A DNA stretch of 64,000 nt, from positions 14,076,001 to 14,140,000 of the forward strand of contig CM097885.1 of NCBI GenBank assembly GCA_044892525.1, given 5' to 3'. The notes below the pieces were generated by a model. It was not told the DNA's origin and made no database searches. It saw only the letters and a list, made by a program, of their open reading frames with translations. Positions within the stretch are counted from its first letter, which is position 1. Every line of letters begins with the position of its first letter. Positions 54,522 to 64,000 of this stretch are shown here, in pieces. The stretch comes from Schmidtea polychroa (Eukaryota). The translations under genes and the position numbers were made by a program.

Positions 54522-57500
54522 AGGAAATTAGGTCCACAAAATCAAGCACGATAACTCATCTATTTTTTATTTATTTATGATTTCATATTGATTTGCTTGA
54601 GATATTCCTATCGACTCGGTTTCCTAGGTACTCGGACACAATCAATCAGATCGAGGATTTCCAAGAGAAATTAGTGAGAAAGCGAGCGCAATTGCAGCAA
54701 TCAAAATTGGAAATGGAAGAATTTAAACAAACGACCCGATCGATGGAGCTCGAGATTGATGACGTGAAATTCCATTTGCAGAAAATATTTGCCGATGTTT
54801 ATAATATTGTAATTGGTTTATTTGTATTTTTATTTATTATTTACGTTACGGATGGAAATTTTGGCGCGATTTCATTGGCTCGCCACTTTGATTTTATTTT
54901 GCCGCATCCTAAATTCGATAATATTTGCCCTTAATCGATTATTTTTTATCAATATTTTATTGATTATTTCAATAATAATCTACATTTTATTAATTTTTTT
55001 ATTGATTATTTTTTATCCATATTTTATTGATAACCTTTTCTAATTATTTATTAATATTTTTCATTTTTTAATAAACACTTATCAATTATTTTTATTAATA
55101 ATTTCACTGATTATTTTTATCAATATTTTATTAATTATTGAGCGATTGAGGAAATCGATCGTAATCATCACTAGGAAATTATATTCGAATGGTCAGTGAA
55201 AGAATGGTAATGTCTAATTGTAAAAGCAGGTTAGGAAGTGTAAACAATTGGTTAAAGTTGTCGGGATATCGGTGCAACTTTCAAATTGATGTGCTAAAGT
55301 TTACGAGTTATTTAAAACGCAAAACAGTTTTGCATTGGAATGTTTAGAAGGGAATAATTAAAGTACGAAATAAAAAAGGATATTTTCTGTTGAATATGCA
55401 AAAAATGAATCCAATGATGGCCTGAAAATGAAAGCGTGAAGATATAAATGCGTTATAAAGAATTATTTTGAAGAAAATCGAGTAGAATGCAGGAGGAAAT
55501 TAAAATATACTCCAAATAAGGCCTGGTAAAGCAAAATTATTTACAATAAAAATAGGTTGAACATGAACAAGAGCTTAGAGATCAAATTCCTGTTAAATGC
55601 GAACACATGAAGGTTTTTAAATCAAATATACTGAAACATGAAAATATGGAGACAATAAATGTTTGGACAATGAAGCTTCAGAGTAGAACGGAAGAGAGAA
55701 TATTTCAGCGTAATTATAATGAAATTAAAACAATTCCGAGTAGATCAGATGGGATTGTGATGGGGAGGAATAGTTGGGGGACGAGTTCGAGAAATAAAAT
55801 GTAAAGGATGGTAACAACAATAATCGAAGGAGATGAAATATTGAGACAAAAGTAGAACTAGCAGAATCGACAAGTTAGAAACCAAAAAACTAAAAAGATA
55901 AACGGAAATTAAACTGGAGTAGCAGGAAGGACAATTCACCATATTATCCGATATTAATCCAATAAGTAGTTGTAATTCATACCTGAGAAAATGTGCCTGA
56001 ATTCAGACAGCTAGTATTTACATCTGTATAAAATAGTAATATTACTATTTAAATATCATTTATTAAATCAATTTATTATATTAATATCGATTCAATTTGT
56101 TATATATTCATGAAATTATATTTGTGCTAGAATTTATGTATTAACTTTTATGTTTTCATAATTTTTAATTATCCCCTTGACCTCTCCTGCTCTCCCTTCT
56201 TCCTGCAGTTGACAGCGGCCCCTGTTGAGAAATGATTTCATTAATCATTTATCTAAATCAGAATCGCGATAAATATGCGGAAAACTATTACTCTATATCT
56301 GATTACCTAAATTTTATAGAATCTGCAAGAATTGGAATATTATAAATTCTATATAAAATCAAATGATATGTTTGTCGCAACTAATGGCAAATTTATATCG
56401 GGATATCAATTAAAAACCCCAAAAATAATAATGTACTTACAATCATTTAAAAGATTTATTTACAAAACTTAATCTCTGCAATTAACCCAGTGGCGTCTTC
56501 ATTTTAAAATTTCTCTTGTTAACCTTGTATTTGTATTTTCCCATTAAAATTTGACATGTAATTGCCTGTGAAATGATTAATTGTTCCAGTTAGGCCTTAA
56601 TATTTCATCGTTTTTAATAGCAACTGAATGCCGAGCAGAATTTCACAATTCATAACTGATCGAATTCAGCTTACAATTTATTCAATATAGATTATATAAG
56701 ATTTATAGAGATTTCGATAAGATTATTTTATGGCAAAATTCCACAATAATTTTATTCCATCGATAGCACATTTTAACTGCTTCCTTAGCATCACTTTCTC
56801 GCTAATCTTGGCTGTTATTTGTATAATTTCATGTATTTTTCATACTTACATTTTATATAAAACTGACTTGATAACCAAATCCTCTCATCTTTTGTTATTA
56901 TAATATTATAATGATTATTGTATTATCATTTAATAATCAATATTTTATATGATATAAAATGTTTGGCAATAGCTATTGGAGCTAATATTAATTGTGGATG
57001 CTATAATGACAATAATGGCAAATGACCACCGTACTTTCAATAGACTTGGACTTTTTTTTACCTCTCATTTCAGTTCCAAGGCTTAGTCAAAGAAGAAATT
57101 CGTCAAGAAATCACGGATTTTAATTTCGAATATCTGCTAAATTACGATGGTCATTTGCGACCTTATATATCAAACTTGATATCTGTTATTGAAGAGAAGA
57201 CCCAAATCAGGCGAGAGGAATTACAGGAACACATAAGACAAAGCGAAGATTTAAAAAGGAACGCTGAAGTTTTGGTATGGGTTAATTGATATAAACCGAA
57301 GTTATTTAGTTCATAGAAAAGTGATATAAAATTGTTGGAATTCGAGAATCGAATAGCTGTCAAGAATTTGAATGAAAATGAGACGATTTGCCTGACATTG
57401 CAGGAGGAATCTGCGGAACATTGTAAAGCCATTCAGAATTTAACGGATCAAGTTGGTCATCATCGCGATCTCAATGATTACATGGATCAGAAACTCGTCG

Positions 57501-58325
57501 AGATAAAGGTAGGGTTCAAGAATCAATAAGTCCTAAAGATGTAGAGATTTAGAAGCGATTCGAGGAAGAGAAAAGTACATTTCAGGAAGCAAGTCAATTC
57601 TATGAAGTTGATATTGATTTGAAGCAAGATTGTGCTGACATTCGACTGCAAAGCCTCCAGGAAAGTCATGATTTTAGAGAATCAGTAATGAAAGGGAATA
57701 CGGCATTATTTGAAGGAGAAAAAGAAAATAGTAAATCATTTGAAGCTGGCCTAGAAAAGCGCAAAAGAGAACTGATGAAACATTTTACCAAGGAACTTGC
57801 AGTAATAGATGAAAAGTTTAAATTTTGATCTTGTTATTGATGTTACTTTGTTATAATACATGTTTTTATTTTTGTTATTTTATCATTTACTGAAGCCTTT
57901 TTTAATTTATTAACTCAGATTCATTTACAATTTTTTTAATTAAAAATTATATATAAAATTTTTATTTAGGTGGTTAATAGTGAGTAATTTAATGAGATCA
58001 TGATGTAAATGTTTTAGAAATAAAAACGTGATGCTATCAGTCAAAATTTGTATAAAAGTAAAGCTGGTAAACAAAATAATATAATAAGTTTTTTACATAA
58101 AATTCTTAATTTTCTATTTTAAATATATCATTAATAAACTACTGATAAATTGTCAATATTATATATTGATTTTATTATATAAGAATTTATAGTGGCAAAT
58201 AAACATTTAGAGTTAGATATGTACACAGCCACAATAAGATAACGATTGCATAATTTAACACCACACTTCGTCGATATTTGAATTCAGAGGGTCAGATTTA
58301 CTATAGAAACGCTCTAAGAGTAATA

Positions 58326-60829
58326 CACCTAATTCTGTTTTTACGCGATAGATACGTTCCCCGAAAATACGCGTAAAAAAATTCGCGTTAAAAAAGATAT
58401 GGTGTCCATATAAAAGTAGAGGATTGGTTCTTCATTTCCAAAATCAACTAAAATAATGTGATTAAAGTATACAAATTCATTGTTTTTACGTGTTTTATAC
58501 ACTTTTTAATTAATTAAATATATATTTATGAATAAAATAACGAAAAAAAATACTAATTTAACAAAAAAAATTCATTATTTAACAAAAAATTCATTTTAGT
58601 AAAACAAAAAGTGGCAAAATATATCATTAAACATATTTCTATTGCTGTCACTTCCTGATGATATACGTATTCGTTTACGTGAGACTTGAACGCCACAATC
58701 ACTGTCATCACTAGAAATATTTTCCACTTCATTTTCATGTTGAAGTGGTGTTGATGTTTTAGCGGTTCTAGTCAAAAATTCAGTAATCAATTGTTGTGGT
58801 CTGGGTTTGATAATGCTGTTATGTAATTCGCGATAATTTCCCATTAATAATTTCACGTTGAAATTTCCGAGCTCTTTCCTCAATAGGATCATGCTTGCCA
58901 AATGATCGCTTAATTTAGCTGCTAGTTAAAGTCCTTCTTTAATTAGATCTGCGGTGAGGGTAGGAACCTCTACGTCGTCATCTTCGCTAATTTCTTGCAC
59001 ATCAGGTGTCTCAAGCGCAAAAGCAATGATTTCATCACTGCTAAGTACCGTATCCACTAATAGTTCTTCTATATCTGCAGACGATAGATCATCAAAACCT
59101 TCTCCGCCTACTTCATGAGCTAAGGCTATGATATTGCTAAACTCGACTGCATTAGAAGGTATCGGATCTTTATTTTTGACGCATTCCGTTCCAACATGCG
59201 TTTAAAGTTGATGGTTTTAGTTCGGATAGCGCTAATCCAGCATGTTTGATGCAGTCATTAATAGAAAATTTCTTCCACGCGTCCATAACTTTTAAATTGT
59301 CATCATTCAGTAATTGATCTAAAATATACCGGAATGTTTGCTTAACATAATAGGTTTTAAAGGTTGCTATAATTCCTTGATCCAGTAGTTGTATCAACGA
59401 AGTAGTATTGGGTGGCAAAAAACAAAATTCGACATTTGGATGCTCCATATGGGGATGACCTGGTGCGTTGTCTATAATCAACAGAACCTTGAATTCAAGA
59501 CCTTTATCGCTCATATAGCGGCGAACTTCTGGGACAAAATTTTTGAGGAACCACTCCTTAAAAGTCTCAGTTGTCACCCAAGCTTTTTTATTAGCTGTCC
59601 AGTGAACTGGCAATGTACTGAAATTTACACCTTTCATTGACCGTGGTTTTAGAGCTCGATTTACAAGTTAAGGTTTTAGCATTCGATCTCCTGAAACGTT
59701 AGAACAAAATAAAAAGGTCACACGATCCTTGACTACTTTAAACCCACTTGCAATTTTTTGGGATTTAGCTACGTATGTTCTGCTCGGCATTCGTTTCCAG
59801 AAAAGGCCGGTTTCATCTGCATTCCATACCTGATCAGCAGTGTAGCCACCTTCTTCAATTATTTTAGCCAATTTTTGGGGAAATTCTTTGGCTGCTAATT
59901 CACCCCTAATTTTTATATTATGCAGCGCGCTGCCTTAGCAGATAACCTGTCACCCAACCTGTACTTGCAGGAAATTCAATTTTTTTATCTCTCTGGCCTG
60001 ATGTTTGTGGTTCCATTTCTTTCATCTGCTTATAGATCCGTAATGCCATCTGCTTTATGCCATTTCCGTCAACTGGTATTCGTTTTTGTGAGTAATCCTC
60101 CATCCATATTACAAGAGCCTTCTCCATTTTCTCTTTTACAATGTCTCTTGTGTATGATGATGTATGAGCACTCATATTTGTTCCAGCAATCACAGGTTTT
60201 CTGATAGCTTCTTCATTTTTTTATTGTTCTTATGGTAGATTCTTTTAAATTAAAATATTTTCCTACACAAATGGCACCTTCTTCAGTGGCTAGTCTATCC
60301 AAAATTTTGATTTTAACTTCCAAAGAAATAGCTTTTCTATTCGTTTGTTTTTTAGCTGACATTGTTAATTGTAATGAGGTCCCTATAAAAATAATTTATT
60401 TGCAGGTAATAAATAAATGCACTTCAAATTATAAATTACCGTTAATTGAATTCAGGAATTGTATAAATCTCTTGATAAAATCTTCAAACGCAATTGATAC
60501 CAAATTTGGATTGGTATTTTATACTAAAACACCTATTATAACACCTATTATCGAATAACTTTAAAATGTGAATGTAAATATTTTAGTTTTCTCACCTCAG
60601 AATTTTGATTATTGTACATACATTAAAATAGAAATTGTTTTAAACCTAAACTACAAATTAGCAGTAAACTATAAAGAATTATGTACATACATGTACATAC
60701 ATGTTTTTTCTTGTTAAAAAAATGAATTTTTTTTAAGCGCGTTAAATCAAATCAAATCGCGTAAAAACAGAACGAAATAATTTTTTTGAATCGCGTTAAA
60801 TCAAATTCGCGTAAAAACAGAATTAGGTG
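58326..60829 (-). mobile_element. pogo/Tigger-family DNA transposon, full length (2504 bp), transposase disrupted
   Basis: 23-bp TIR CACCTAATTCTGTTTTTACGCGA; TA TSD; empty site at about 9423-9424. Transposase from ATG 60362 with WNADETGLFWK, LIIDNAPGH, LPPNTTSLIQLLDQGII; stops and frameshifts. Confidence 0.95.
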
Positions 60830-60947
60830 TATAACTATTTTTTGTTGTGTCGTGTAATAATAAAAATAATAATATTAATTACATCAGATGAAAGAGGAGA
60901 ATGACAATAATTATTACTATTAATCTAATGTAATAAAATAATAAGGC

Positions 60948-62900
60948 AAGTGGCGTCGCTAAGCGGGTGAGGACCGAACCGGCTGACACCAAATGAAAAA
61001 AATTGCAAATTTTACAGAGCAGACGTTGCTCGGTTCAGTCGTATTTCATAAGTGGATAACCGATTATAGTTAAATAAATATATGACTAAAAGGCATAACT
61101 GGGCCTGAATGTCACCTTGGAGTTTGCAGAACATCGTTGGCTCATTTTAATGAGATTCAGGGCTGGTATGATCAAACTTTGAAGTTATTTACGAACGCGA
61201 TAATTAACCAGGTAGAATAGATCAATAGACTTGAAAGATTTTCCATAGGCCGAGTGCTTGTGTTGTGACAAAGCAAGATGAAAAGGCTTAAAAAGACATG
61301 CGCAAGTTAACCAAACAATGGTTCTACATGATGATGACTTGTAGTGCATATACAGTAAAACCATTCGTTATTTACTTTTCACCAGAAACGTAAAATCAAT
61401 TTATAAATGTCTTGGCAAATCAAGTAAATGAGATTCTTGTCAAAGATAAAAAAACTGCAAGGTATTTTGGAATTATGTTCGAGAGCACACATGACATATA
61501 ACACCCTGACCAGATGTTTGAGGTTATCAGGTATGTGAAAATCCACAATGGGAAAGTTGAAGTAAAAGAAGTGTTCCACGGATTTTTCCCTTTAAGCGGG
61601 ATAAAGCTGATGACCTCATTTCTGATATTCTCAGTGCTCGAAGTGAGGCGGGATAGCTGGGATATTATCCCGGCATTGATTATGTAGGCGGAATTGCATC
61701 CCGGCACTACATTTTATATAATCTATAGGTTTATCCCGGTACTTATTTCATTTTATAGGCACACAAATACTGCAATTAAGGTCACACATAGTACATCCAT
61801 ATATGTATGTATATATATATATATTCTTTATTCTCTATTCTCTATTCAATTAAGAATTTCCCAAGCAGCAGTAATGGATAGGTAGGTATATTCTCTTATT
61901 TATTTTAGTTAAACCAGCAAGTTGTTTGTTGAGTTATTTATACTGCGACCCCCTCTATATATAATGTGTCTATATATAAAATTTGTTGGACACCCCCCAA
62001 AGTTTTGCAACACACCCAACTGAAAATTTCTGCATAAAAGCCTGGAATCCCGGGTGCCACAGCATGCCTATCCCGGCACATATTTTGTTCCACTTCGAGC
62101 ACTGGATATTCTTACAAATCTAAAACGCGACGGACTTGACATAATGATGTGCAGAGCTCAAGGCTACGAAATGCTGCAACAATGTGCGGAATCCATGGAG
62201 GTGTTAAAGCCATTCTGAAAAGAAATAATAAGTAAGCGATTTTTATTGGGTGCGTGGACCATTAAGTAAACTTGTGTGGCCTACACTCTTTTGCCAACAA
62301 TGCTTCTAGCGTTACATTTTTTGGTACTCTTGAGAGAATATTTTCATTCTTTGCTGCTTACACTCATCGATGGGATGTTTTGATTGAACACACTGGGATG
62401 TTGGTGAAAATGTTGTCAACAACACGTCGGAGTGCTCATTATGCTGCTGTTAAGTCAGTGAAAAATAAATTTGATGAATGTATAGCGGCGACTGAAGCTC
62501 TATGTGATATTATTGAAAATCTGGACACAAGGGGTACAGTACAACGTCTTTTACATGCGGTCGGTGATTTCACGTTTATCTGCTACCTTTACCTCTCAGC
62601 TGATCTACTTGAGCAAGTCCATCTTACTCAGCAGAACCCTCAGACTAAAGGCTTAACTCTTGACAAATTTGTGATTAGGTTTCTGTACGAGAAACGCAGT
62701 CTCTTAGTTGAGCATGCAATTGATTAGGCACTTTTAAAATCAGACCAATATGAAATTTGGGTAGAAAGAAGATTAAGGTTCAAGAAGAGAATGGTGGGGG
62801 AACAACTGAGAGACGTTGGACTTTCTGCGAGAAGAAAACAGTAGGGAGATGCTGAAATGTATTGATCCTTTTCATTAGGAACTCCTGATGAGATCAAGAA
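60948..62900 (+). mobile_element. hAT (ZMYM1-like) element remnant with degraded transposase; right end uncertain
   Basis: AGTGGCGTCGCT left end; VIRYVKI..EVFHGF, CRAQGY, CVDH*VNLCG, HRWDVL, LSTTR; interrupted by a MITE. Confidence 0.8.
61632..62104. mobile_element. hAT MITE, second copy (473 bp, internally deleted)
   Basis: TIR CAGTGCTCGAAGTG; perfect 8-bp TSD GATATTCT. Confidence 0.92.
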
Positions 62901-64000
62901 AATCCATCTAATAGACAAAGGAAATGGATCCAGTCTATAAACGAATTTGATGCAAAGATAATGCAAAGATAAAAAATGTTTTAACTGTAATTATTCTAAA
63001 TTACAGTGGATCCTTCAATGGAGAAGTTTCGCCAAGATCTGATTCAATACACGGCTGAGGCAACAAAGCAGGTTAACAGGGCTCAAGCGTTGGTGCGATG
63101 ACGAAGACGAATGGAATTTTTATTGTTTCTTCCAAATTAGGCCAAAAGGTTACATTGGAAGATCGAATCAATACAGAACTGTGAGAGGAGAACCAATGAG
63201 TGATGCAAGATCTAAAGATTACCGTCCAAGAGCCTTACCAAGGAGCAATGGATATTCGACATGAGAGCAGGCATTCAAATGAATATAAACGTTCCGCCTA
63301 TTCGGAGATCGAACTGTTTCTCGTTATTGTCTTTGACATCACGAGGCTACCCAATCAATAACATTGACTTCCTCAACTGTAAACAAGAAGATAGCAAAGT
63401 TTCGTCCCAAAAAATACAAGTGAAAAGGACCCAGAAGCTGTACTCTTCGCGAACAAACCTATCCGATTGAAAATATTGATAATTTGATACTTAATGTAAA
63501 TTTCCTTTTACTTATTTATTCATTTGATTCTGTCGCTTGCCTAATTTGAAATATAGTTTTTAATCCAAATAAAATTTAAAGCATATCTGTTTGAATCAAA
63601 ATAAAGCTAAATTCGCCATAAATGGAAATTAGCCACTAATATGAAACCACTGATAGCTTAATATTGCGTTTTCAACTTCAAATCTTCATTTATTTAAGTA
63701 AAAGTACAAATTCAAAGATTTGAGGTATCAAGTAACGACAAATAGATAGGTCAAGTGAACATAATGATGATAGGGACATATGAAATAGGGCCATACACCT
63801 TCTATGATATTTCTGTGAATCCAGAGACGCGTCAGGAAATTTGCACTCCATCTGAGAAGCTCACCTTTAGCTGATGGCCACTAACTTAAATGTAGCACCA
63901 GAGGTGTTTGCGATGGGCATTTAGCGCTAAAGTCAATGGTATTTCGGAGTTACCAGGGGAATATGGTAAAGTGTGAGCAACGGCAAGAAAAGGTTAAACC

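Noticed and set aside
63005..63470. Coding-like segment with an acidic DDEDEWNF patch
   Set aside because: Broken frames; no family I can support.

Overview
AT-rich, intron-containing eukaryotic (animal) DNA with very short introns (about 28-51 nt) and long (AAT/TTA)n microsatellites. This style, plus the TRAF architecture, suggests a triclad flatworm, but that is inference only. The window holds three degraded tandem copies of one gene module: about <1-9990, 13108-20170 and 42485-61400, plus scraps at 9991-10085 and 31159-31790. The module is: selenocysteine tRNA (+), ARF-family small GTPase (-), and a multi-exon NDC80/HEC1 gene (+) with a TRAF gene nested antisense in one intron. No NDC80 copy is complete, but the three together reconstruct one continuous NDC80 reading frame that the ORF track misses. 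One ARF copy (189-817) and one TRAF copy (51323-52806) look translatable, and the other TRAF copy lacks the MATH domain. Both tRNA-Sec copies have stem-breaking substitutions. Between and inside the units lie many mobile elements: a split-direct-repeat tyrosine-recombinase (Ngaro/PAT-like) element, nested Ty3/Gypsy remnants, solo LTRs, a pogo/Tigger element, hAT transposase remnants and MITEs, and a MULE-like foldback element carrying a LINE ORF2 fragment. Several insertions are confirmed by empty sites in the paralogous unit. All homology calls are by eye, and no database search was run.
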